DNA of 64,000 nt from Vicugna vicugna (lineage: Eukaryota): NCBI GenBank assembly GCA_013265495.1, contig MU061578.1, positions 3,607,308 to 3,671,307 of the forward strand, in the 5' to 3' direction. Of this stretch, positions 26,901-39,700 are shown piece after piece. How positions within the stretch are numbered: the first letter of the stretch is position 1; the number at the start of each line of letters is the position of its first letter. The position numbers and the translations under genes are program-made. The notes under the pieces are model-generated. The model made no database searches. It saw nothing but the letters and a program-made list of their open reading frames with translations, and had not been told where the DNA came from.

Positions 26901-29900
26901 AAACCAGCTCTTTGAAAGGACCCACATGGCTGCCGTGACACCGGAGAAGGGAGGAGACAAACACGCATCATGTAGGAGAGTCTGGGGGCACCGAGAGGAG
27001 GGGGTTAGAGGGGGAGGGCCGGCGGGCGGCAGACAGAGCCTAGTCTGTGGGACCAGCAGCAAGTCTCCAGAGAACAGGTGGTGATGAAACTGCCCTCAAC
27101 ACCAGAGAGCCAGCACCAAGAAACTCCACAGTCAACTGCGATACTAATACTGATTATACTATGAACTAAAAAGGAAACACTCGTCAAACGTCTACTCACC
27201 TTAATAAAAATAAAAGATAATTTAGAAGCATTTCAGACAAAACCCACCCAAATGGGTTCAGGACTGGAAGTATGAGTTACAGCAACAAGATGCTTCTTCA
27301 GTATCTAAAATTCTGCATATTAAAGAGGTGAACATGTTTTTAGAAGCAGAAATGGGTAACTAGATGTGATAGAACAAATTAGAACAAGCCAAGTGTTAAC
27401 CACACGAATAAAAAAAAATGGTCTTAAATATATTTTTTTCCCAGGTTCCACCAAGTAATTTTCATCAGCTATTACCAAGAGAAGAAAGGCTCATCTGGGA
27501 AACACTGACCCCAATCTAACGCATCTGCTTGTGCACAGATTTGAGCAGGCACCTAAGTAAAGTAGGTACAGACAGGGAGGCGGTTAAGATGGGACAGTAC
27601 CTTCAGTCTCCCCCAGCCCCTTACCTGCTGCTCCTCCTCCTCCAGCAACAAACAGCGACTGCTGGGCAGCACACTCCTGCACTGGTGTGCAAGAGAGGGG
27701 ACAGAGGAGAGAGAAGGCCATAGCACCAAGGAGGAGGCCCACACTGGGGGCAGTAGCGGGGGGCGAGGGGGTTTGAGGCCAACCAGGGCCACCGACGGTG
27801 AGACCATGGCAAACACGGTGACTGTTTCTCTCGCATTGGAAATAACCACCTCTGCTGGCTGAGGTGGTTCACGCTCTCCATGTATCACGTGGTGGCCCTA
27901 AAAGTCACCCAACTCAGGCTCTCTGTCCATCCTGAGGAACCGTCACGCAGAACTCACTGTCCCAGGGAGTTGGGTGGAGGGCTGGGGAGGGATCGAATCA
28001 CCCAAGTGCAGGGACAAGCAGGTGGGTCTGCAGCCTGGCAAGCTCACAGGATGGGGCTGGCAAGGCTGCCTCTGATTATGGGAATAATTTAATCACAAGA
28101 AACTGCTCTCCTGGACACTGGGCTAGGGGGAGAATCAGACAAACCATGAATGAAAGCAGAGGATATGAGAACCAGGCGAAGCTTGGTGCCGGGGCTGACA
28201 AGGGTCTGGAAATGGTTTGATGGACCTGCTGCGGCTGAGGCAGCTCAGGGTTGTGAGGCCGGCTAATCGCTTCCTGCAGGCAGGCTCCACTCTGGCACCA
28301 ACAGGTTTTAATAAAAACTCCCAATTGGGTCAGTAAACCCCTCATTAAGCTGTTTTTAAAGCATGAATTTAAGAGCGGTAAGGGTCACAGGGAGCATTTA
28401 ATTTACAACGGCTGGCAAGAGGTGCTGCTGTGACAGGGAACGTAGGGTTCAGGTGTCCAGTCTGACATGGCCCTCGACCTGCCTGGAAGTGGAGTTTGGC
28501 GGAGTGAGGCGGCAATAGCAGAGTAGGGCACCAAAGGACAGTGGCAGGTGACACAGCTGAGACTCAGCCCATCCACTGAGGTCCCTACACGTAGCCCAGG
28601 CCCTCCATGCCTGCATACCTGTGGCCACCTGCACATCAACTCCCTGCCAGACACCCATCTGTCCAGGACACTGCCACCTGTCCCACTCCCCACACCGGTT
28701 CACCTGTCTCACCTCCCTGGCATGGACCTCCCACTGCAGCCTTGGTGTGTTTAAACGCGGTGGTTCACTCCCTGTACCCACCATGAGGATGGCTCCTACA
28801 GGGATCCAGTGTGTTCCCAGCTCACACAGCATATTCTGGGTAACCCCTTGGATGTCTCTGCTGTGGGCCTGTTCCCTGGCCCTGCGGTTCACGACCAGAC
28901 TCCAACATTCGCCCAGCCCTAAGGAAGAGTCTGGACCAGCAGACACTTCGTTTTCACAATAACAGGATAAAACAGTAATTTGTCCATTGAGCTTCTCACT
29001 GAAACCAAGGATCCCTAAAATGTCCAATTCGTAGCCTGATGGGCCTGCAGTAAAACATGAATAGTCCTTCCCTGAAAAGGAATATCCCAGGTGGAGCCTT
29101 TCAGAATCCTTCCCTAAAATTCCCTCCACACCTCTCCCTCCCCTGCAAGGATGAGAAATAGGGAAATAAGTCCCTTGAGAGAAAACTCCTAAGGAATAAA
29201 TCAAATGCACTTACTTTGTGTCTTTTGGGAAGGCAAGGCTCCTGGGCTCCTGACAGAGGAGCATCAGTGCTGGGAGATAAGAGACAGAGAGGAAGGTGCC
29301 CAGGGGTCACCTGCCTGGGAGCACCATCTGCATATACTGAGGTCCCTCAAGATAAAATTAAATCAAAGAAGTTACAAAACCCTCCCAAGGCCTCGGAAGC
29401 CTTGAAAGAAGATGGGAAGCCTCAGGAAAGCACAGGCTTCCTCATGTCTGTCTGTCTGGGTGTGAGGACACTGTGAAATGGCCAAGGCCTGGGGCCGGAA
29501 AGGACCCTCAACACAGCTTGGCCAGTGTGGATCGTTCGATGTCCCGCAGAGTCGGCCAACACAGCACCCTGGCCTGCAGCCTGCCCCTCTGGCACTCTTG
29601 CCTGCCCAGGTCTGGGAGGGGCCTGCCTCTGGGCACAGTCACCCTCTGCTCGCCCTGACTTCAGCACACACGGGCAGAGGGAGCCTCCTTCCTGGAGTGG
29701 ACTCCCTGTCGCTTGGCCCGGGGCCCCACAGGAGCACTGGTCAGAAGGGCATGGGCCAAGAACAGCCTCGTCCTGGCGGAAAAGGCCAGAAAGCCCTTCC
29801 TGGAAGCCCCAGAGCCACACCTGCCGGGTTCCTGCGCTGTTTTCAAATGCAAAGAGGCTGGCATAAAGTTCAAAAAAAGTTCATAGCCCCAAGGTCACAA

Positions 29901-32900
29901 ATATCAAAAAACACACTTCCTGCAGGGGAGCAGAAAATGGGCCACCCTTATAGGGTGCAGAATAAAAGGCGTTTTAGACCCATTCTTTGAAGTGAAAGTT
30001 ACCAAGCCAGGGGCCTTCAAAGTACACAGCAGAGATGCAGCCACAGCAGAGAAGCGAGTCACACAGGACGCTGCGGTTTCCTGCATTCGTGTGGCCTCTC
30101 CTCAACCAGCGTCACATCCACCTACAAGTGGACGGTGGCTGGGGACCCCATGGTGGAGATGTGGGTTGTTCACAGAAGCTCGGACCTCCTGGGAAGTGTT
30201 GGTTCTGAATGGAGGGAGTGACCAGGAGGAGGGCTGGCTATGTGGACCCTCTGGGCAGGGACTGTGCCCCATGTCCAGATGAGGGGTCACACCTGCACAC
30301 CACACCCAGGGAAGGTCAGAGAAGATGGGCTGGTGGAAGCCCCGGAAGAAATGACTGCAGAGACTCCTCCAAGCAGTGCTCAATGGAAATCTTTTTCCAC
30401 AGCAGTGGACACCGTCTGAGATCTGTGTGGCCATGGGGTGCCTGAGCCCTGGACGTGGCAGGGAGATTGTGGAGCCAGGGAGCAAGCCCCAGGGCCCCGT
30501 ATTTCCTGCATCTCAGTGGGCAATCCACAGAGGCCTCACACCCGTTAAAGAAGGAACAGAATGTAAATGGATATAGAAAAATAAGTATAAACAAGACGAT
30601 CGACTCACTGAGAAAACCCAGTTCTTGCTGGGGGCCTGAGGCAGCTGAGGGAGGAAAAGCCCCAAAGGTCCAAAGTCCCTTAGGTCTGGCTCCCCAGGCC
30701 CGGCCCAGGGGTCATGCCTGAAGCATCGGTTGCCTTCTCTCCTCTAGGCTTAGTGAGCAGGGCACAGACAGAAGCACAGCAGGTGAGGGTGAGGGGCTGG
30801 ACCAGGGGTCTGGACGGTCAGTGGGAAACAACCAGCGAGCTGCTGCAGGGTAGACACCACACTGATCCAGTCATATCTCAGGGGCCTCATGAGGGAAAGG
30901 TATGGATGACCTCTGAAGTCACAGCCCGTTACTACGGGGGCAGAGAAGACTTGTGAAAGACACCCCACAACACCGATGGAAGTGCAGACAGAGCCGCCTG
31001 TTTAATTCAGAGCTGGTGGCTGCGCCTCCTGCCAGTGATACCCCTGCTCCCACAAAGGCTCACATGTCACTTCCACGGGGATCCCAGGGCTGTGGAACCT
31101 TCGTGCCATGGCCTCACGGCTCGTAGCTCGAGACTCAGTGAATGGTACCCACCCTCCCCCATCCCCCTGCAAAACACAGGACTTTATAACTACCCAGGAC
31201 CCAAGCCCGGAGGCTGCTCCCACAAGTCAGGCTCTGATACTTTTGTTCATCACAACAACTGGAAAGGAAAATCAAGTAACTTTTACTAAGCAAAGAGGGT
31301 TTATTTGAATGCCAGGCAAGGCCACTTCCCTGAGGGAAGCCTGACCTCAGACAAGCTGGACATGGAGCTCGCACAGCCAGGCTGCGACCAACCATGCAGG
31401 CTGGACTTGCACTCAGGACAGGAGAACATTCCCAAGTCGTCCCACTGCTTCTTGTTAAACCACCAAACCCCGAGCACAGAGACAGAGATCCAGGCAGCTT
31501 CCAGTGCAAGGACCGGCCATTTTGCCAACGCTCAACACTTGATTGTTTAATTCGGAAGGTGAGAAGCGACACCGGCCCACAACACCCTGATCACTGTGCT
31601 TCACATGTTAAATTAAAACTACTGCTTTGTTACCTGCTTTTCTAAGGCAATTACAAGTCAGAAAACTTTTTATTTACTGTTATCTTAAATCCCACCGCTC
31701 TACCTTCCTTCCATCAAGTGGACCCGAACTCCGCTGCTGTCCCTCTGACTCCATCCTCTTGAAGAACTCGCTTTGCGTGGGGGCTGTGGGGCCAGTCTGC
31801 CTGTCGTTGGACAATGGCTCTGCTGGGTGACAGTGGGGCCTCTTCCTGGGATCTGAAGCTCCAGGTCCCTGTCCTCTGTAGGCAGAGCCTTAACAAGAGC
31901 GGGGATTATCATCTTTGTCTCTCTGGATGTCCCTCCTAACTCGGGTCGCAATTAAGATCTTCATGCTCTGCCTTTGGCAGTTTGCTATAATGTGTCCAGG
32001 ACACGTTGTATGTTAGTGGTCTCCGAGATTCTAAATCAGTGGCATTTTGCTTTTCATTCATTTTGGAAAATTCTTGGCCTTAACTTCTTCAAATATTTTC
32101 CTGCCCTTCTTTTCTCTCTTCTGCTCTGGGTTCCATTACCTTCATGTTAAGTTCTTCATTCTGTATTTTTCATTTTTTTCCGTGTTGGATATCTCAGGTT
32201 CACTGATTTTTTTCCCTCAGCTGTGTCTGCTCTGCAGTGGGTACATTTTTGGGGCGTATGTATGTGTCTAGTAGTTTTTTGTCATGTCAACCACTGTGTG
32301 TAGAAGCCAGTAGCTACTGAGGTGCACATAATTACCCAGAAGTAAGCATGCATGGCGGGGCAGGGGGCAGGGCTGGACAGTCTAGCCAGAGAAGTTGTTC
32401 AGCCCCAAACACAGGCCATGCAGGGCCTGTGCTGAGCAGCCCTTGGCCCTCAGCTGTCTTCACCTCCGGCTGGGAGGCCTCACGTCTGCCCTGTACACAC
32501 ATATGCAGTCCTGGGTCATGAGACTGGGCCCAAGTCTGCGTGTAGAACTGTGGTTCCCTTCCTTGGCTCTCTCCTCCTGGACCCTCAGACCAGAGGAAGG
32601 CGGGCCTCCCTGCAAAGGACGGGCTGCCCCATGCGAGCCTTCAGCCCTAACACGCCTTCCTGGCCTGTCCTTCCCCAGGGCCTCTGGCAGGGAGGCACAC
32701 ACATTCCTACAGAACCTTCTCCTGTCTGGAGCTTGGTCCACAAAACCAAAAGGGAGCTCGAAGCAGAATTAAAGGAAAAGTGACATGCGGATCTGTCTGT
32801 CCCGTGACAGGAACAATGGTAGGACAGCACAGGAGTCCTATCTCCACCCTCCAGTCGATTCTACCAGCAGCAGGTCATCTGCCTGGCTTATCACTATGGC

Positions 32901-33722
32901 TGGCATGGCTGGTGCTCAACTGACATGGAAGGAATGAAGCAAGAAGATGGAGGTGAGGCTGCTGCGGTGAGGGGAGCATCTGCAGGAAGCAGAGTCCGTG
33001 TACGAGCATCAGGGGTGGAATGGCCACCCAGCTCCCTTTCCGCCCTGCTCAGATCTCAGCACCGCAGACCAATGGGCCACAAGAACCTTGCCCTGGAACT
33101 CGCAGTTCTGTTCTGCTCCCCAAGCTCCCCGAGAATCTGGGCCAGCCCCGCACTAAGCATGCCTGTCCGGGACCGACTAGCGGAGGCCGTCCTCGCTGCC
33201 CCCAGTGGAAGCCCCGGTGCTCGATTGCTCCGTGACGGCTCTGCCTGTAGCTTTCCCGCAAAGCACAGCCAGGACCTAAAGTCTACCCACCCGAAACCAA
33301 ATGCTAGCTTGTACCTGGGAAACCTCCTCTGCACAGTGTGTCCACTGAGGAGGCAGGACCGTCTGGGAGGAGAGCGTGGGTCCAGGGGACACTGAGGGCC
33401 TCACGTCACCAGCTGCTCCATTCCCCAAAGGGAACGACCTGTGAGGAAGCAATGGGACCTCCCACACAGGATCCATCTCCTGAATGGAGACCACTGTTAG
33501 CAGGAAGGACCTGATACCTGAGGTCCCATTATGGCATGAGGCCCTCACCCCAACAGGAAGCCTGGGTGGGAGGCAGGTCAAGTGCAAACATGCTGTCAGA
33601 CCAGATTGTGCACTCAAAGCAAATAGGGGGGCCAAGCAAGAAAAGCCAGGAAATGCAGGAAGATACATACCCCAGGTTAATGCTAAACTCGGAATGTGAG
33701 ATCCTAAATGACTGTCACTTAC

Positions 33723-33733
33723 CAAATGAATAC
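33723..33733 (-). CDS. LMF1: LMF1 coding exon 3, 11-nt microexon GTATTCATTTG (W-Y-S-F-G junction)
   Basis: The minus strand reads catttttcttttgtttttcag|GTATTCATTTG|gtaagt. It supplies exactly the bases needed to join exon 2 (..TG) to exon 4 (GA TGG..) in frame, giving the conserved WYSFGWE motif. Confidence 0.93.
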
Positions 33734-36700
33734 CTGAAAAACAAAAGAAAAATGTATCAATTTAGGCATGTTTTACCAAAAAACTTCCAATTTAAGCATC
33801 ATGTTACCTCATTAAATACAAAGCAGCCCAGTGACTCCAGGACAGTGTGGGGACAGGCAAGAGAGCTTATGACATTACTGAGGCATGAGGTGAAGTGAGG
33901 GGAGATCTGCCCAGTTGAATGTAAGCTTAGGGTCCACCCTCTGTCTGTGATTCAACTGGCGGTGGGTTGTTAGTGGTGAGTATGATTTAATGAAAAAACC
34001 TGGGGACAAGTGGACACATAATTCTAACCTGTGTGTTCAAAGGTTAACTGTACTTGGTTTTCCTGCAGTGAATAATTTCCATCAAACACCATGAAAACGT
34101 CATACTCTGGAATCTCCAATTTCAAAGGACCCCCCATTATCCCAAGCACAGTTTTTAAGAGAAGCAACTCTAAATGAAGGACTTATCAGACATGTCTGTG
34201 GATCTGAGGGGAGTTGGGGGACTGGTCCAGGATGCACCCTGGGGCGGGAAGATGTACTGAGCACAAGAATGCTTATGGACCTGAGTCATGGAAGTAACCC
34301 CCAACGTAAGAGAAGGGGACCCGGATGGGACTGCACTGGCCCTGAAACAGCCACTCCTCCTATCTGAAGCCTCTGGCCTGCAGCCCACATTAACACCAAC
34401 GTCCGCCAGCACACTCCAGGGTAGAACTGCCATCAGCATCTTTAACTGACCCTGTGACTGACTATGCGGAATAAAAAGGAACGAGGCACCGGCACTCACA
34501 ACACCACGCATGAGCGTCTGCTCCGTGCCAGAAGCCGGATGCGAGGCCTTGTGCTGTGACCACACAACTATGAAACATCTGAGCAGGTGTGTCCGAACAG
34601 AATGGAAGCAGACGTGCGGCCAGGGCTAGAAGGGGACATAGCTGGGAGGGTATGAAATGTGTCAGACTAGACCGTGATGGGTCTTGCACGCGTTAAATGG
34701 TTACATTTTATGGCACATAAATGATGACGTTAAGAAAAACAAATAGCTGTCTGATGAAGTACGTGTGAATGAAAGGGTGCGGGGATGGTCGATTGTTCTG
34801 TTTTTTAAAGAAACTCAAGTCCTCCCTGCTCTGAGAGACTTAGATTTTGCTCCCAAACAGTGTGTTAACGCCTTACCCCCACCTGTCTGTTAAGGACAGG
34901 CGCTCCCCCTCAGAGATGGCCCAGCTCACCGACAACTCATGTCCATGGGAACGACAGAAATCAGAGAAGCAAGAAGGGGTCTGTGCCGCCCTGCACATAA
35001 GCCAAGTGTCCATAGCGCCTCTGCCTTGTCCTAGCCAAGCAACTCCTTCACGAGGCTCTGATTTTCACAGGCCTCTGATTGGAAAATGACACCAGGATCC
35101 AGTGACTTCTCATTTTGTGAAAAGTTATCACAGATAAATATTTGTTAAATTACTCTCTCCTGGCTGGGACCGGCTAGTCGTGAAACTGCAGAATCCTCCC
35201 ACTTCCTTGTCCAGTGCAGAGCTTCCCGAAGGCCTGCTCAGGAAGCAGGGAGATAGGAATTTGTAATGAAGTGTGTTCTAACAAGCCACACAATTCCTGA
35301 TGTGTGTATGAGTGTCACGAGCCGATGGCGAAACAGCAGCAATACAAGATGGAAAGGCCGCCAGGACACCACCCTCATTGGACGTGGGACCCGCTACGGC
35401 ACTGGCAAGCCACATGCAAGGGCAGAGAAGCCTGTCTCAGTGTCTGACGACCACTGCCCCCTCCCGTGTCCCAGCTGAGGTGGCTCTGGGCAGCAGGTGG
35501 AGCACTCCCCTGACGAGGATGTGGGGATGCGGGGGCTCCCCTAAGAGTGCGGGAACTGCACCCGACAACGCGCCTCAGCTCCTCCCTGCCCCAGGGGACA
35601 GGGCCCTGGCATCGCCAAACAATGGAGGGAACGGCACCTTCCTGTTGCCAGGAGCTCGTAAGATTCCAGCAGGGGTTTATTTCTATGCAGCAAACATATC
35701 CACACCTGTAAGAGTGACTGGACCGCAGGCAGGGGCAGCAGAGCATGTCACTGCGTTTCAGGCCCAGAGCCAAATAAGGTTTTCATTTTCAACAGTCTGA
35801 ATGCAGCAGCCAGGCAGAGCGCTCCCTCCATGTTTCTGCAGCTTCTGGCATCTGCTCTCGGCACTCTTTGAAATCGATACTCTGTTCCTTCTGCCAGATT
35901 GAAGTGCCAAGGTGGCTTCCTTTGCAGGAAGGGACCCCTGGAGCCCTCGACCTTGGTCCAAATTTAGGGAGATAATCCTTTCCTCTTTGTGGGGGGCCGA
36001 GAAGGTAGGAAGAGGAAAGGGCAGCTATACAACCATCCTTAAGAGCAACAAAAAGGCCCTCTAGGATCACCGTCAGGCAGAGCACAGATAACAGAATCAG
36101 AAATCCAACTTTCTGGAAAAGTTGATGTTAACGAGAGAAACTGGAGCAGAAGGGACAATGAGGACTTCTGATGTTGTTTTAGCAGGACAGTGCCAGGCCC
36201 TGTCAGGTTCTCCTGAGACCACTCCAATTTTATGCAATAATAATTAATGAACTCTGGCCTTGTCTCTCTTCCAGGGTCACTGATTTCCAAGATATTTAAA
36301 CTCCTAGAGCAAGAGGACTAGCACCCAGAGCACCAGAGTAAATACGCATGAGTCCACAGCAATATGACCAATGCTGAGTAAATATGGGACATGGGACAGA
36401 CCTGTGCGGAAGAACCCACGTCACCGTGTGCATGCTCTGCCTTCAAGGATGGGCCAACTCCCCTCCCTGTGTGTGGGCTGCGTGCCCACCAAACGCGACA
36501 TCCTCCAAACAAGAACACAGAGTTGACTTCAGACAAAAAGAAGACCTTGACAGTGGAGATACCTGAAGGCATGACTCCAGCCAGAGGTCAGAGTCACTGT
36601 CAGCAGAACCAGCTCCCTGATAGATGTGTGGACAACAGCACTACACCTCTGGTTTTCCTCCCAAACCCACCATCACCCTGTCAACAATGAGGAAACCTCA

Positions 36701-39700
36701 GACAAATCCTGCCGGAGGGACATTCTACAAAATCCCTGTCTGGTCTTCCTCAACACCATCAAGGCACTGGAAACAGGAGAGTCTGAGATGAGATTGTCCC
36801 AGTCCAGAGGAGCCCAAGGAGGCATGACGCCAGAGGATTCCTTCCCAGGGAGGGAAGAAGCAAGCAGATGTGAATAAACAACTGTGTCGGTACTGGCTTG
36901 TTAAGTGTGACAAGTGCACCGTCTAACATAGAGGATGGTAGCAGGATCGGGAGTCAGGTACACAAGAACTCAGCACTGCTTCTGCAGTGATTCAGTAAAT
37001 CTAAAACTATCCTAAAAATGAAGTTTGTGAAATTAAAAAGAAATTGATGGAGCTGGGCAGCAACGGAACCTGTGCCTCAGAAGAGCTGCCTCCAATTCCG
37101 CAAACAAAACACACAGAGCACGGATGTCACCGTGAGGCTAGCCCAGCGTCCCTCCTGCGAGCGCAACGCCCAGGGCTCTGGCAATGTCAGGTTCTGGCCA
37201 AAACAAGACAACTCACCCCAAAATGAGGAACCCAGCGAGGCACCTGGCTGCTAACCCAGTGCCCAGCTGCCTCCCGCCCCAGCCCACCTGACAGAGCTGT
37301 GCCCCCAGCCAGCAAGGTTTCCTCTATAGAACCAGATGGAACTACATACTTCAGAGTTGCCCACCCTCGGGGACGACTGTGACTACTGCCACCCCCACCC
37401 CATCCTCAGGTACCACTAAAACCCGCTCCTCCACGCTCGATTGCGAATGATGGCAGGGTGTGATCACCAAGCACTGGCTTGGCACTGCTGCACTTGTGTC
37501 TCCCTGCACGTGGCCCAGGGGCTCGGGGGGCTTCTCACTGATGGTTCACAGTGGCTAACACTTTCCTCAAGGAGGAAGCTCTTGGAATGGCCCATCACCT
37601 AAGCTAAGCGGCTCTCATGCTTCTGGTCTTCCAGAATACTGTCCAGTGTCATTGAGAAGACACCACAGGCATCAGAAAGGCTCTGTCTAGCAGCTGGCTG
37701 CCTCCTTCCCTCAGGGGTAGAGAGCTTGACCAACCAAGACGGAACAAAGTCACAGCCTAAGAAAATGCCTCGAAAGAAGTGGGTCTGCTCCTCCTTTTCC
37801 CTTCCACGAGCCAGTGAGGCCCCAATGAAGTCCAAGGAATTTTCTCATCCATCAAGAAGCTCTGACCTGCCGGGCCTACTATGTAAGTCTATGGAACCTG
37901 GGCCCAACGGAGCCCCCTCTGGGGCATGGGGGTTGCTCCCATCTCCTATAAGGAACCTGACAGTAGCCCTGGTTTGAGAGAAGACAGGGCCTGAAAACCA
38001 AGACTGTGCCCACCCTGGTCCTCAACATGAGGGCAGCAGGTTGGGGGGATGGCAGGTGGGGTGGGGAGGGCTGCAGGTGGCAGGGCAGGTGGTGGGCGGC
38101 AGGGGTAAATGAAGAAACCACAACTCACACCTTAGACCTGCCCACACATGGAAACACAACCTTCTAGCTGCCATGCCTTGAATGTCGGAAACCCAAAGGA
38201 TGCTGGCACATGTGTCCTTGACAAAGCACAGGGGCATGTGAGAAGGAGAGCTGACGGCCACCAGGGACTCAGGGCCACAAAGGTGCTGGCAGCAAAAGAA
38301 GGTTCTGGAAACATTCTGCAGGTAAAATCAAGAGGATATGGAGGTTGGTGAAACACGGGGGAAGTGGGAAGAAACATGAATGAGTCCCAGGTCTCCCCGG
38401 GGTCCCACCTGGGGTAAACAGGCAACGTGTGGATGCAGTGACTTGTGGAACTGGGGACAAAGCCACAGCAATGACACAGCCCAGGCATTTACAGGGCCGG
38501 GACAGGGCCTGAGCAAGCTGCACAGGCTCATGGGACCTGGGAGCAGACTGAGGGAGCAGCAGGGCAGCACTCTCACTGCCATGGCGGCCCCATGCCTGCC
38601 CGCGTGGCAGGGGACCTGGGAGAGCAGAAACCCTGGTGGGGGCAGACCACTGGCGTGCCCCGTCTCGGTTCCCTTCCTCCTGCTAGAGGTGGGAACACTG
38701 GGATCTCACCCTCCCTCCCACTGCACCTCCTGCCACCACCAGACAAGGAGCTAATAAAGCCGTCTTTTCTGGCTCCTTTGAAAACACTCGCTTTCATGAA
38801 CCTGAGGACCCGGGTCATCACCCTATGAAGCACTGAGTGCATGACAGAAGAAGCCGCTCTCCCCGATATGAAGGTCTTCGACCAGCACCTCTGTGAAGGT
38901 TCGTCAGGCTCCGCCTGCTTCGCAAACACTTATTGGGACCACGTGGGGAAGGCCAGAGAAGGGCGGTAATGGTCCCAGAATATGCAGGCTGTCGGGGAGA
39001 GCTGTCTGACTCCGCCCAAGACACTGACATGGGGCCTCACTTGGTCTCTCTGCAGCAATACAGGAGCCCACTTCTACTGAGGCTGTCAAAGACACTGGTA
39101 TGGGTCAGCAGGAGCAGAGAGAGCACCCACTTAAGAGAAAGGAGACAGGGGGCCCCAAGCAAAGCAGCGGCACACACGAGCAAGGCTGGGCAGGCGCCGT
39201 GAGGCCACGAGACCCCAGTGCAGGGGCTGTGGTGCAGGGAGAGATGTGCCTGGTGCCTCTGTGCCCCAAGGGGGCTTCCTGTCCTCACCGCAGAATGCCA
39301 GTTGGACAACATTTGAAAGACAGCCCATCAACGGTGTCCATTATCTGAGCATCTCATCCCAAACAGATATCCTTTTCTCTCAAGTTATAAAATAAATGGA
39401 ATGTGAAAGAACAGAGTGTGTCTAACTTTCGTGCTGGGGTATCACAAAAAAGAAGCCAGACTTCATTTAAGGCGTCATCACTCTCATAGTAAGTTTCCAG
39501 TGTCACTATGACAACCCAGAAACTATCATCTGTCAGGGAAACCCGAGTCAAGGGGGACCTGAATTCGCCTTCCAGGCTGAGGGGCCTGACCATGCTGACA
39601 GTCTAATCTGGGGCCCCATACCTGGGCCACAACCAGCGGCCTGCAGTTCAGCTAGGAACACGGACATTTGGCATCAGGAACATGGTAAATAATCCACTGG

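Noticed and set aside
28449..29210. 253-aa minus-strand ORF in intron 3
   Set aside because: No recognisable homology or domain, and no supporting splice or promoter context.
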